Of a DNA stretch of 64,000 bases, positions 39,231 to 49,148 are shown one piece after another; position 1 is the first letter of the stretch; every line of letters starts with the position of its first letter. The stretch comes from Candidatus Geohabitans tengchongensis (GTDB taxonomy: Bacteria > Sysuimicrobiota > Sysuimicrobiia > Sysuimicrobiales > Humicultoraceae). The stretch lies in NCBI GenBank assembly GCA_031459625.1, contig JAVKIH010000011.1, positions 3,010-67,009 of the forward strand. Direction: 5' to 3'. A program made the position numbers and the translations under genes. The notes below the pieces were generated by a model, which was not told the DNA's origin, did no database searches, and saw only the letters and a list, made by a program, of their open reading frames with translations.

Positions 39231-40323
39231 CCGGAGTGCGAGGCGGAGCGCCCTGCCAGGGGAGCCCCTCCTGGACTTCGTCCAGTTTGGGACGTTCTCC
39301 GGCTCGGCGGTCTCCCTGCGCCGGGCGATGGCGCACCGGGTGCCGCTGGCCGTCCTGAACGTGCTCCCGCTGGCACGCGATGTCACGCTCCTGCCGGCCC
39401 GGCTCCGTGCCCTGGCCGAGGCGCGGCGGTCGGGTCGGGGAGTGTCCTGGGTGCGCACGCGGGCCTGGTCGGTGGCGGTGGAGCGCCGGTTGCGCCAGGC
39501 CGGCGTGGGGCGGGGACGCCCGGCGCTCTTCGTCCAGGCGATGACCCCGGTGATCCTCCCCGAGGGCGTCCGGTACGCCGTGTACACCGACCGGGTCGCA
39601 CGGGAAGGGGCGGCCATGGGCGGTCATCTGGCCTCCCGCTTCTCCGCGGGATGGCTCGCCCGCGAGGAGAGCTTCCTGCGTAACGCCGCGCGCGTCTACA
39701 CGATGGGGCCGACGACGGCCCAGTGGCTGCAGCGCGCCTATGGGATACCGCGCGATCGCATCCGCGTGGTGGGAGCGGGGCCCAACGCCCCCCTGACCGA
39801 CCCCATCGCCTCGCGGACCTGCCGCCGACTGCTCTTCGTGGGTCTGGAGTGGGAACGGAAGGGCGGTCCGCAGCTGCTGGAAGCCTTCGCGCAGGTCCGT
39901 CGCTGCCACCCGCACCTCGAGCTGCTGGTAGTGGGAGCGACGCCACGCGGTCCGCTGCCGCCCGGTGTGCGGGTGTGCGGTCGGACGGTCCACCGCGCCA
40001 TGGACGACTTCTACTCGCAGGCGGATGCCCTGGTGCTGCCCACGCACCGGGACGCAGTCCCGATCTGCCTGATCGAGGCGATGTGGAAGGCCCTGCCCTG
40101 CATCGTCACCACGGTGGGCAACCAGCGCTGGATCGTGCAGGAGGCGGGGCTGGTGGTGGAGCCCGGCGACGTCCCCGGCCTGGTTGCCGCCCTCGACCGG
40201 CTGGTGCGAGAGTACCCGACGTTTGCCGCCCGGGCCGCCCGCCGGAGCGAGGTCGCGCGCCAGACCTTCCGCTGGGACCGGGTCGCCGACCAGATCCTCG
40301 GCGACCTCCTCCAGCCCGACTGA
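39205..40323 (+). CDS. Glycosyltransferase family 4
   Basis: LFVGLEWERKGG, PTHRDAVPICLIEAM. Start uncertain. Confidence 0.85.
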   Translation: MLTSRPGTDRSARRSALPGEPLLDFVQFGTFSGSAVSLRRAMAHRVPLAVLNVLPLARDVTLLPARLRALAEARRSGRGVSWVRTRAWSVAVERRLRQAGVGRGRPALFVQAMTPVILPEGVRYAVYTDRVAREGAAMGGHLASRFSAGWLAREESFLRNAARVYTMGPTTAQWLQRAYGIPRDRIRVVGAGPNAPLTDPIASRTCRRLLFVGLEWERKGGPQLLEAFAQVRRCHPHLELLVVGATPRGPLPPGVRVCGRTVHRAMDDFYSQADALVLPTHRDAVPICLIEAMWKALPCIVTTVGNQRWIVQEAGLVVEPGDVPGLVAALDRLVREYPTFAARAARRSEVARQTFRWDRVADQILGDLLQPD

Positions 40324-40333
40324 TCCGGTGCCC

Positions 40334-41371
40334 ATGCTGCGACGTGCCGTCGAGAACCTGCTCGGCCGGATGCCGGTGTACCTCCTGCGGGTGGCGGACG
40401 GGCGCGACGGCGTGCTGCGCGTCGTGGTCTATCACCGCCTCCTCGCCCCGGGGCAGCCCTTCGCCGGGGACCCGCACCTGCTCTCGGCCACAGTGGCGGA
40501 GTTCGACCGCCAGATCGCCTACATGCGTCGCCACTACACCCCGGTGAGCGCCGCGCAGGTGGTGGCCGCCCTGGGGAAGGAGGCCTCCCTTCCGCGCGGC
40601 GCGGTGCTGGTCACTTTCGACGACGCCTACCGGGACGTCCTGACCCACGCCTGGCCGGTGCTGCAGCGTTACCGGGTCCCGGCGTTGCTCTTCGTCCCCA
40701 CGGCCTTCCCGGGGACGGATCGGCTCTTCTGGTGGGACGAGGTGTACGAGGCGTTGCGGCAGACCGACCGGCCGCAGGTCCGTGTGACGAACCACGCCTT
40801 CGCCCTCGACACACCAGCCGCCCGTCACCGCGCTGCGCGGGCTCTCATCCGTCTGTGGCGGCCACTGGCGCCGGCCGCACTGGAGGACCGGCGGCAGGCC
40901 CTGCTCGAACAGGTCGGGCACCCGCGGATCGACCGAGCCGCGTGCGCAGTCCTCAGCTGGGCCGAGGTGGCGGCGCTGGCCACGGCGGGGGTGGCCATCG
41001 GGCTCCACACCCGGACCCACCCGGCGCTGCCCGCCGTCGACCCGGCGACCCTGGAGGCGGAACTGGAGACGGGCGATGTCGACCTGCGCGCACACGTGCC
41101 CTCCGGACGCGTGCCGTGCTTCGCCTTCCCCTACGGGTTCGTGGACGACCGTGCCAAACCGGTGCTCCGACGCCTGGGCTATGTGGCCGCCTTCACGACC
41201 CTGGCCGGCGTGAACCGGCTCGGTCGACGCGACCCCTACCGTCTCTGCCGTCACGCCGTGGGCATCGACCACCCGCGGGGGCGTCTGCCCCTCAACCTGA
41301 CGGCGGCCTACGCCGGCCTCCGCGAACGGACCCAGACCCTGCGCCCGCGGACCCGGCCGACACTCCCGTGA
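40334..41371 (+). CDS. Polysaccharide deacetylase (NodB/CE4)
   Basis: VYHR, VTFDDAY, FWWDE, GLHTRTHP, FAFPYG. Confidence 0.9.
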   Translation: MLRRAVENLLGRMPVYLLRVADGRDGVLRVVVYHRLLAPGQPFAGDPHLLSATVAEFDRQIAYMRRHYTPVSAAQVVAALGKEASLPRGAVLVTFDDAYRDVLTHAWPVLQRYRVPALLFVPTAFPGTDRLFWWDEVYEALRQTDRPQVRVTNHAFALDTPAARHRAARALIRLWRPLAPAALEDRRQALLEQVGHPRIDRAACAVLSWAEVAALATAGVAIGLHTRTHPALPAVDPATLEAELETGDVDLRAHVPSGRVPCFAFPYGFVDDRAKPVLRRLGYVAAFTTLAGVNRLGRRDPYRLCRHAVGIDHPRGRLPLNLTAAYAGLRERTQTLRPRTRPTLP

Positions 41372-42201
41372 GCGATGCCCGGCACTTCCTGTTCACCGTG
41401 GACGCGGACTGGGTCCCGGGTTCGGGCCCCGGCTTGCTGGCGCTGCTCGACCTCTGTCATGCCCTGGGGCTGCGGGCCACGATTTTCACGACGGGGATGT
41501 TCGCCCTGCACCACCCGGAGGCCATCGGCCGGGCCCACGCCGAGGGGCACGAGATCGGCGTCCACGGCTGGGAGCACCCGATGCCGGTCTTCATGGCCGA
41601 GAACTACCGGTTCACGCCGGTGGACCGCCGCCGGACTTGGCTCCGGCAGGCCACGGATGCTGTGGCCGGAATCATCGGTGCTCTTCCGCGGGCCTTCCGG
41701 GCGCCGTACCTGTGGATCGACGGCGCCACGTTGCACCTGCTGGAGGAGATCGGGTACGTGGTGGACTCGTCGGTCCCGACGCGCCGGTTCGACGGGCTCC
41801 TGGGAATGATCAACCACCTCGACTACTTCCTCGCCCCGCTGGCGCCGTACCGGCCAGACCCGCACCGGCCCGGGCGCCGCGGCAGGGGGAGGGTGCTGGA
41901 GGTTCCTCCCTCGGCCTGGCTGCTGCCGCTCAACATGAGCACTGTCCGTTTCCTGGGATGGCGGGCAACCCTGGCCGTGGCCGACCTGATCGGGCGGGCG
42001 TCACCCGTCCTGAACTTCTACTGCCACCCCTGGGAGTTCGTGGCCTCCGACGCGCTGACGTTCCCCCCCGGCACGCCCGTGCGGCACACGCGTGCCACCG
42101 GACCTCACCTGCTGCCCGGCGTTGCGGCCTTTGCGGATGGGGTCCTACGGAGAGGATACCGACCGGCAACGGTCGCTGAGGTGGCCCGGTGCGTCTCGTG
42201 A
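41368..42201 (+). CDS. Polysaccharide deacetylase (CE4)
   Basis: FTVDAD, HEIGVHGWEH, FRAPY, DSS, YCHPWE. Confidence 0.88.
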   Translation: MSDARHFLFTVDADWVPGSGPGLLALLDLCHALGLRATIFTTGMFALHHPEAIGRAHAEGHEIGVHGWEHPMPVFMAENYRFTPVDRRRTWLRQATDAVAGIIGALPRAFRAPYLWIDGATLHLLEEIGYVVDSSVPTRRFDGLLGMINHLDYFLAPLAPYRPDPHRPGRRGRGRVLEVPPSAWLLPLNMSTVRFLGWRATLAVADLIGRASPVLNFYCHPWEFVASDALTFPPGTPVRHTRATGPHLLPGVAAFADGVLRRGYRPATVAEVARCVS

Positions 42202-42983
42202 TCGCCACTACCGCGGACGATCCGCTCGCCCCGGTGTTCTGGGAGGCCTACCGGACAGCCGGGGGGCCCTCGGCGATCGCGGTCTTCTTCCTGCGCCCAC
42301 GCCGCCGCGTGTCGGCCGTGCGGCGGGTTGCGGAGGGGCTGCTGCTCTTCGGTCCCAGCGGCGCCGTGTACTGGTGGCAGCAGAGGCGTCGCCTCCGCCG
42401 ACCCGCCGACTCGCTCCTGCCCCTCTCGGACGCCACGCGGGGACAGCACGTGGGCAGCCTCAACCGGGGAGAAGGCCACCAGGCCCTCCGCGACGCGCAG
42501 GCGGACGTCCTGGTCTCGGTGGGATCGCCGGAGATCTTCAAGCCGTCCACACTCGCGCTGGCGCGGTGGGGAGCCCTCAACGTCCACCACGGGCGGCTTC
42601 CCACCTATCGGGGGCTCTTCGGCACCTTTTGGGAGGCGCTGCACGGCGAGCCGTGGGGATACACGACGGTCCACCGGATGGACGCGGGGATCGACACGGG
42701 CGCGGTCGTGGCGGAGGCGCGGGTGCCCCTGGGACGGCGCCGCCTCCTCGACGTCCTCATCGAGAAGCGGCAGGTGGGCGGTCGGCTCCTCGCAGAGGTC
42801 CTGGCCCGCGCGGCGGTCTCCGGGGCCCTTCCGCCAGCGGCGCCCCGCCGCGACGGGGTGGTCGGCTACTACGGCTGGCCCTCGCTGGCCGACCTGCTCC
42901 GGTTCCGGCTGGGCACGCGGCGAGGTGTAATGGCCGGCCCCGTGCGCGCCGGCGATGCCTTGGGCGAGGGCGGCGGCCGATGA
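42189..42983 (+). CDS. Formyltransferase (N10-formyl-THF-dependent)
   Basis: LNVHHGRLPTYRG, TVHRMDAGIDTG. Confidence 0.88.
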   Translation: MRLVIATTADDPLAPVFWEAYRTAGGPSAIAVFFLRPRRRVSAVRRVAEGLLLFGPSGAVYWWQQRRRLRRPADSLLPLSDATRGQHVGSLNRGEGHQALRDAQADVLVSVGSPEIFKPSTLALARWGALNVHHGRLPTYRGLFGTFWEALHGEPWGYTTVHRMDAGIDTGAVVAEARVPLGRRRLLDVLIEKRQVGGRLLAEVLARAAVSGALPPAAPRRDGVVGYYGWPSLADLLRFRLGTRRGVMAGPVRAGDALGEGGGR

Positions 42984-44200
42984 CCACCCACGCCACGGTG
43001 GAGGTGTCCAGGCCTCCGGCGCAGCGGCTGGCCCTCCTGCGGCTCGCCCATATCACCACCGCCGACCTGAGCCTGCGCTTCCTGCTGCTGGACCAGTTAC
43101 GGGCCTTTCAGGATGCCGGCTTCGACGTCCTGGCGGTCAGCGCCCCGGGACCCTGGTCCGACGACCTCGCACGGGCGGGCATCCCCCACGCGGCGGTCCC
43201 GGGCCTGGAGCGTCGGTGGGCGCCCCTCGGGGACCTCAGGGCATTGTGGGGACTCGTCCGGGTGTTGGCCCGTCACCGTCCGCACATCGTCCACACCCAT
43301 ACCCCCAAGGGCCGCATGCTCGGGCGGCTGGCGGCCCGGCTGGTCGGTGTGCCGGTCGTGGTAAACACCTTTCACGGTCTGTATGGCCTGGACGGCTCAT
43401 GGCTGCGGCGTCGCGCCTTCGTCGTGCTCGAACGGGCCGGGGCGCGGCTGGGGGACTTCGACCTGTGCCAGAGCCGTGAGGACCTGGCCACCCTCCTCCG
43501 GGAGCGCATTACCACCCCGGAGCGCTCCGCCTGGCTGGGCAACGGCGTGGACCTCTCGCGCTTCGATCCCGCCCGCGTGGACCGCCGCGCGGTGCGCCGC
43601 CGCCTGGAGATCGCCGACGGGGCGCTGGTCGTGGGCACGGTTGGCCGCCTGGTCTGGGAGAAGGGGTTCAGGGAGTTCTTCGCCATGGCTGCGGCCCTCA
43701 CCGCTGAAGACGCCCGCGTCGTGCCCCTGGTCGTGGGCCCGGTCGAGGCCGGCAAGCCCGATGGGATCCCGTCCCCGGTGCTCGAGGACGTCGCCCGCCG
43801 CTGCCGGGTGCGTTTCCTCGGTCTGCGGACGGACATGCCCGACCTCTACGCGGCGATGGACGTCTTCGTCCTCCCCTCCTACCGCGAGGGGTTTCCCCGC
43901 TCGGCGGTGGAAGCGGCGGCCATGGGGCGGGCCATGGTCCTGACCGACATCCGCGGGTGCCGCGAGGTCGTCGAGGACGGCCACAACGGCTTCCTCGTGC
44001 CGCCCCGTGACTCCGGCGCCCTGACTGAGCGGGTGCGCCGGCTACTGGGCGACCCTGCGCTGCGCGAGCGATTCGGCGCGCGCAGCCGCGCGAAGGCGCT
44101 GGCCGAGTTCGACGAGCGCCGGGTGGTCGCGACCACCCTGAGGGTCTACGAGCGCCTGTGGGAGGTCCGGAGGGTCGCCGGTGCGGTTGCACCTCGCTGA
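42980..44200 (+). CDS. Glycosyltransferase family 4 (CapM-like)
   Basis: VHTHTPKG, GNGVD, GRLVWEKG, PSYREGFPRSAVEA, TDIRGCRE. Confidence 0.92.
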   Translation: MTTHATVEVSRPPAQRLALLRLAHITTADLSLRFLLLDQLRAFQDAGFDVLAVSAPGPWSDDLARAGIPHAAVPGLERRWAPLGDLRALWGLVRVLARHRPHIVHTHTPKGRMLGRLAARLVGVPVVVNTFHGLYGLDGSWLRRRAFVVLERAGARLGDFDLCQSREDLATLLRERITTPERSAWLGNGVDLSRFDPARVDRRAVRRRLEIADGALVVGTVGRLVWEKGFREFFAMAAALTAEDARVVPLVVGPVEAGKPDGIPSPVLEDVARRCRVRFLGLRTDMPDLYAAMDVFVLPSYREGFPRSAVEAAAMGRAMVLTDIRGCREVVEDGHNGFLVPPRDSGALTERVRRLLGDPALRERFGARSRAKALAEFDERRVVATTLRVYERLWEVRRVAGAVAPR

Positions 44201-44792
44201 CGCCGCCGACATCGGAGTCATCGCCGCGTTGCACCGGAGCCAGATCCCTTGGGGGCTGCTCAGTGATCTGGGCGAGGCGGCTGTGACGCGCTTCTACCGG
44301 GTGCTGATCACGTCTGGCGTCGGGTTCGTCGTGCTGGCGGAGGACGGCGAGGGGCCGGTGGGCTTCGCCAGCGCGGTGACCGACTGGCCGCGGTTCTACC
44401 GGGCTTTCGTGCGCCCCGCGCCCTGGTCGGCGGTCCCGCTGCTGGTGCGGGCGTGGTCGGGCCGTCGGTGGCGCCGCCTGCTCGAGACCCGGCGGTACGT
44501 CACCGCGAGCCAGCTCCCCCGGGCCGAGCTCGCCTCGATCGCCCTAGCGCCCTCCGCCCGCGGCCGGGGAATCGGGCGGGCGCTGGTGGCCGCCGTGCTG
44601 GCTGAGCTCGGCCGGCGCGGCGTGACCACCGTCCGCGTGACTACGGCCGCGGACAACGGGGAGGCGCGCCGCCTGTACGAGGGTGCGGGCTTCCGGCTGC
44701 ACGGAGAGCTCGAGATCCACCCGCATGAGCGCGCCGCCGTCTACGTTCGGGACGTTCCGGCCGTCGCCGCGGGGGTCCCCGGGCGCTCATGA
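44181..44792 (+). CDS. GNAT-family N-acetyltransferase
   Basis: SIALAPSARGRGIGRAL, NGEARRLYEGAGF. Confidence 0.88.
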   Translation: MRLHLADAADIGVIAALHRSQIPWGLLSDLGEAAVTRFYRVLITSGVGFVVLAEDGEGPVGFASAVTDWPRFYRAFVRPAPWSAVPLLVRAWSGRRWRRLLETRRYVTASQLPRAELASIALAPSARGRGIGRALVAAVLAELGRRGVTTVRVTTAADNGEARRLYEGAGFRLHGELEIHPHERAAVYVRDVPAVAAGVPGRS

Positions 44793-46009
44793 GGCCGCCG
44801 CGGGCACGCGACATCCCGGTGCTGATCCTCGAGCCGGGCTACGGCGGGCTGGGGGCCGCGCGCAGCCTGGGACGGCTCGGCATCCCCGTGTACGCGGTTC
44901 GCCAGACACCGAGCCCGGTGCTGCGCTCCCGGTACTGGCGTGGGTGTCTCCGCTGGCGGTGCGGTCCCGGGCTGGCCGACGACGCCGTGCTCTTCCTGCA
45001 GACGGTGCAGCGGCGTCTGGGGGCTCCGGTGGTGCTCCTGCCCACCACGGACCAGACGGCGCTGCTCCTCGCCGAGTACGCGGAGACCCTCGGTCCGGAG
45101 TTCCTCTTTCCCCGCGTTCCGGCGGACCTCGTGCGGGCCCTGGTCGACAAGCGCCGCCTCCACGCGCTAGCCCGGGCTGCGGGGGTGGCGGTGCCGCGGA
45201 CGGCGACGGTCCGCTCTCGCCGGGAGGCGGCTGCCTTCCTCGCCGAGGCCGGATTGCCCGTCATCGCCAAGGCTGCCCACCCGAGCGGACCGATGGGCAC
45301 GACGCGGCGGGTCTTCCGGCGCGCGCGGGCGCTGCTGGACTACGTCGAGCGCCTCGGACCCGCCGAGCGGAGCAACCTGCTCCTCCAGGAGTTCCTGGGT
45401 GGCGAGGGAGTCTGGATGGTGGATGCCTACCTGGGAGGCGACGGCCGGCAGGTCCGCGTCGCGGTGGGGATGAAGCTGCGGCAGCATCCCGACCCGGCCG
45501 GCGTGGCCTCCCTGGCCGTGGTGCGGCCGCAGGACCGGCTGGCCGAGGTGACGGTGACGTTCCTGCGCGGCTGCGGGTACCGCGGGCTGGTGGACGTCGA
45601 CTACGCGGTCGACCCGCGCGACGGCACTTACCGGCTGCTCGACGTGAACCCCCGGCTCGGCGCGACCTTCCGTCTCTTCACCGGGCCGGACGGTATGGAT
45701 CTCGCCCGGGCGTACTACCTGGACCTCACGGACCAGTCCGTCCCGGAGCTCCGGCCCGTCCCCGGGCGCCGCTGGTGGCTGGAGGACGATGTGGCATACC
45801 TGCTGGCGGCCCGGCGGCCGGGGGAAGTCTGGCGATGGGCGAGGGCGCTGCGGGGGGTGCGCGAGGCGGCCTGGGCCGCCCTCGACGACCCGTTCCCGCT
45901 GCTTGCCCGCGTGAGCGGCGCGCTCTGGAGGGGGATGCGCCACGGATGGCGCCGGTCCACCCCCGGCGTGCCTGCGCCGCTACGGGAGGTCCCGGTCAAG
46001 CGCACGTGA
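44789..46009 (+). CDS. ATP-grasp carboxylate-amine ligase (D-aspartate ligase-like)
   Basis: GLGAARSLGRLGI, LVDK, VPRT, PVIAK, LLQEFL, YRLLDVNPR. Confidence 0.82.
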   Translation: MRPPRARDIPVLILEPGYGGLGAARSLGRLGIPVYAVRQTPSPVLRSRYWRGCLRWRCGPGLADDAVLFLQTVQRRLGAPVVLLPTTDQTALLLAEYAETLGPEFLFPRVPADLVRALVDKRRLHALARAAGVAVPRTATVRSRREAAAFLAEAGLPVIAKAAHPSGPMGTTRRVFRRARALLDYVERLGPAERSNLLLQEFLGGEGVWMVDAYLGGDGRQVRVAVGMKLRQHPDPAGVASLAVVRPQDRLAEVTVTFLRGCGYRGLVDVDYAVDPRDGTYRLLDVNPRLGATFRLFTGPDGMDLARAYYLDLTDQSVPELRPVPGRRWWLEDDVAYLLAARRPGEVWRWARALRGVREAAWAALDDPFPLLARVSGALWRGMRHGWRRSTPGVPAPLREVPVKRT

Positions 46010-46052
46010 CTGCCGGGGTCCCCGGCGGACCCCCAGGCGTCTCTGACCCCAC

Positions 46053-46766
46053 ATGGACCGTCGCCGCCTGCTCGACACGATGCTGGCCGCCGTCCTCCTG
46101 GTGCTGGCCGCTCCGGTGATGCTCCTGCTCGCGCTGGCCAACCGCTCCCTGTCGGGGCGCGCCTTCTTCGTCCAGGAGCGGTTGGGCCAGGACCTGCGGC
46201 CGTTCCGGCTGTTCAAGTACCAGACGATGGTCGACGGCGCGGACCAAGGCTCCACGGTCACGGTGGCCCGGGACGCGCGCGTGACCCGGTTCGGCGGGGT
46301 GCTGCGGACGCTCAAGCTCGACGAGCTGCCCCAGCTCATCAACGTCCTGCGCGGGGAGATGACCTTCGTCGGCCCCCGCCCGTTGACGCCCAATGAGATC
46401 GCCGCCATTCCACGCCCGCTGGCCGCCCTGGTCTACCGCCAGCCACCGGGACTCACCGGGATCGCCAGCCTGGCCTTCCATGACGAAGAGCGCCTGCTGG
46501 CGCAGGCCGCCGACCCATTGCGGACATACTTCAACGAGATCCTGCCCCGGAAGATCGCCGTCGAGCTGGCCTACGTACAGCGCCGGACGTGGGCGACCGA
46601 CCTGCTGATCCTGGCCTTCACGCCCTTCGCGCCGTTGTGGCCGCGCCTTCGCCGCGCGCTGGTGGCGTGGCTGGTCCCCGACGCCGCCGCCTGGTGGCCG
46701 GCGAAGGGCCGTGCCGCCGACAGGACCGACGCGCAGGAACTGCCGGTCCGGGTGTCGTTCAAGTGA
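46053..46766 (+). CDS. Priming phosphoglycosyltransferase (bacterial sugar transferase)
   Basis: FFVQERLG, FKYQTM, DARVTRFG, KLDELPQLINVLRGEMTFVGPRP, PGLTG. Confidence 0.93.
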   Translation: MDRRRLLDTMLAAVLLVLAAPVMLLLALANRSLSGRAFFVQERLGQDLRPFRLFKYQTMVDGADQGSTVTVARDARVTRFGGVLRTLKLDELPQLINVLRGEMTFVGPRPLTPNEIAAIPRPLAALVYRQPPGLTGIASLAFHDEERLLAQAADPLRTYFNEILPRKIAVELAYVQRRTWATDLLILAFTPFAPLWPRLRRALVAWLVPDAAAWWPAKGRAADRTDAQELPVRVSFK

Positions 46767-47941
46767 GCGCGCCGACGGTCAGCGTGATCATCCCCGCCTA
46801 CAACGCCGAGGCCTACGTAGGCGAGGCCATCCGGAGTGTCCTTGCTCAGTCCTTCCGCGACGTGGAGCTCCTGGTGGTGGACGACGGGTCCACCGACGGC
46901 ACAGCGGCGGTGGTGCAGGGCTTCGGCCCCGGGGTGCGCTATCTGTACCAGCCCAATGCCGGACTCCCTGCGGCCCGGAATGCGGGTATCCGGCTCGCGC
47001 GTGGCGCCATCATCGCGTTCCTCGATGCCGATGACCTCTGGCTACCGGACTTCCTCGACGCGGTCGTCGGAGCGTTGCTCGCCGATTGGGGGGTCGACGG
47101 AGCTTACGCCTGGGCCCGGTACATCGAGCCGCACGGACGGGTCCTCCCCGGAGGCATGGGCCCCACTCCGGCGGGGGACACCCTGGAGCGGGTGTTCCTG
47201 ATGGGCGGGTCCCTGCAGTTCTCCATGGTGGCGTTGCGCCGCGAGGTGTTCGGGAGGGTGGGGCTCTTCGACGAGACGCTGCGCCAGGCGCAGGACTGGG
47301 ACTTCCTGCTCCGGGCAGCGGCGGTCGGCATCCGTTTCGCTTGCGTGCCACGGATCCTGGTATACCGACGAGTCCATGGGGAGAGCCTGGCCGCCGACCC
47401 GGAACGCCACCTGGCCTGGGAGCGGCGCGTCCTGGCCAAGGCGCTGGCCACGCTGCCGCTCCCCCACCGCCTCCGGGCGCTGGCACCCGTCGCCGAGTAC
47501 CGCATGGTCGTCCGGGCGGCCATGACGCACTGGCGGCAGGGCCATCACCAGGCCGCGGTCGACCGCCTGGCGGAGGCGCTGGCGTCGTGGCCGGAGGCGG
47601 CGGAGCGCCCGCAGACTTACCTGGGCCTGCTCCACCGGCTCCTGCCGGTGGGCGTGCGGTGTGCGCAGACCGTGGGGCGAGAGTTGCCCCGACTGGTGCA
47701 GGAAGGCCATCGCCTCCTCGATCTGGTCCTCGCCCATCCCCTCATTACGGCGACCGCGGCCATCCGTCCGCGACGGGCCCGGGCGGCCTTCCACACGGGG
47801 GTCGCCTATCTGGCCCTGCGCTCGCTGCGGCTGGGGCTGGCGGCCCAGGCGGGACTGCAGGTGGTGGCCGCCGATCCGACGCTGCCCCTACGTCCGACCT
47901 GGCGGCGGTGGCGGAGCGCACCGGTCGGGGAATCGAGGTGA
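46763..47941 (+). CDS. Glycosyltransferase family 2
   Basis: VSVIIPAYN, VDDGSTD, ARNAG, FLDADD, QDWDF. Confidence 0.92.
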   Translation: MSAPTVSVIIPAYNAEAYVGEAIRSVLAQSFRDVELLVVDDGSTDGTAAVVQGFGPGVRYLYQPNAGLPAARNAGIRLARGAIIAFLDADDLWLPDFLDAVVGALLADWGVDGAYAWARYIEPHGRVLPGGMGPTPAGDTLERVFLMGGSLQFSMVALRREVFGRVGLFDETLRQAQDWDFLLRAAAVGIRFACVPRILVYRRVHGESLAADPERHLAWERRVLAKALATLPLPHRLRALAPVAEYRMVVRAAMTHWRQGHHQAAVDRLAEALASWPEAAERPQTYLGLLHRLLPVGVRCAQTVGRELPRLVQEGHRLLDLVLAHPLITATAAIRPRRARAAFHTGVAYLALRSLRLGLAAQAGLQVVAADPTLPLRPTWRRWRSAPVGESR

Positions 47942-47957
47942 CATCGAGGTGACGGCG

Positions 47958-49148
47958 ATGGAGCCTTTGAGGATCCCGCTCTCTCGCCCCGACATCGGAG
48001 ACGAGGAGCGCAAAGAGGTCCTCGCGGTGCTGGACACCCCATGGCTGAGCATGGGGCCGAAAGTGGGAGCGTTCGAGCGGCAGTTTGCCGCTGCGGTGGG
48101 CAGCCGGTACGCCATCGCCGTGAGCAGTGGGACCGCAGGGCTCCACCTGGCCCTGCGCGCAGTGGGAGTGGGGAGCGGAGACGACGTCATCACCACCCCC
48201 TTTACCTTCGTCGCCACCGCCAATGTCGTCCTGATGGAGCGGGCCCGGCCGGTCTTCGTCGACGTGGACCCGCAGACGCTCAACCTCGACCCCGCCACCG
48301 TGGAGGCGCACATTGAGCGTACTTACGCGGGCCGGGGCGGGACGCTGGTCCACCGGGTCACCGGGGCGCCGTTGCGCGCGCTCCTGCCCGTGGCCGTCTT
48401 CGGCCACCCGGTGGACATGGACGGCTTCGTCCGTTTGCGTGACCGCTTCGGCCTGCCCGTCGTGCACGACGCGTGTGAGGCGCTGGGGGCGCGCTACTGG
48501 TCCGCCGCCCGCGAGGCGTGGGTCTGCGAGGCCGCCCTCGCCGATGCCGCCGTATACGCCTTCTACCCCAACAAGCAGATCACCACCGGCGAGGGCGGTA
48601 TGGTCGTGACCTCGGACGACGGGATCGCGCGGGCCTGCCGCGTCGGCCGGAACCAGGGGCGCGATCCGGACGCCGAGTGGCTGGCGCACGAGGCGCTGGG
48701 CTTCAACTACCGGCTGGACGAGCTCTCCGCGGCGCTCGGGCTGGCGCAGTTGCGACGGCTGCCCACCCTCCTGGCCCGACGGCGCCAGGTCGCCGAGTGG
48801 TACGACGTCCTGCTGGCCGACGTGCCCGAGGTCGTCCGCCCCACTGCCGCCCCCTGGGCGGACGTGAGTTGGTTCGTCTACGTCGTGCGGCTCCCTTCGC
48901 CCGAGGTGCGCGATGCCGTCCAGCGTCACCTCCTCGCCCGCGGGATCGGCGCGCGCCCCTACTTCCCTGCCGTCCACCTGTTTCGTCACCTGCGGGTCCT
49001 GGGGTACGCCCCCGGGGACTTCCCGGTGGCGGAGGCGGCCGCCCTGCGCGGGCTGGCCCTGCCCTTCTTCGCGGGCCTGACGCGGGAGGAGGTCGAGGAT
49101 GTTGTCCGCACCCTCAAGGAGGCACTGGCCATCCGTGCCCCTGCCTAG
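47958..49148 (+). CDS. DegT/DnrJ/EryC1/StrS sugar aminotransferase
   Basis: SSGTAGLHL, DACEALG, FYPNKQITTGEGG, GFNYRL. Confidence 0.94.
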   Translation: MEPLRIPLSRPDIGDEERKEVLAVLDTPWLSMGPKVGAFERQFAAAVGSRYAIAVSSGTAGLHLALRAVGVGSGDDVITTPFTFVATANVVLMERARPVFVDVDPQTLNLDPATVEAHIERTYAGRGGTLVHRVTGAPLRALLPVAVFGHPVDMDGFVRLRDRFGLPVVHDACEALGARYWSAAREAWVCEAALADAAVYAFYPNKQITTGEGGMVVTSDDGIARACRVGRNQGRDPDAEWLAHEALGFNYRLDELSAALGLAQLRRLPTLLARRRQVAEWYDVLLADVPEVVRPTAAPWADVSWFVYVVRLPSPEVRDAVQRHLLARGIGARPYFPAVHLFRHLRVLGYAPGDFPVAEAAALRGLALPFFAGLTREEVEDVVRTLKEALAIRAPA

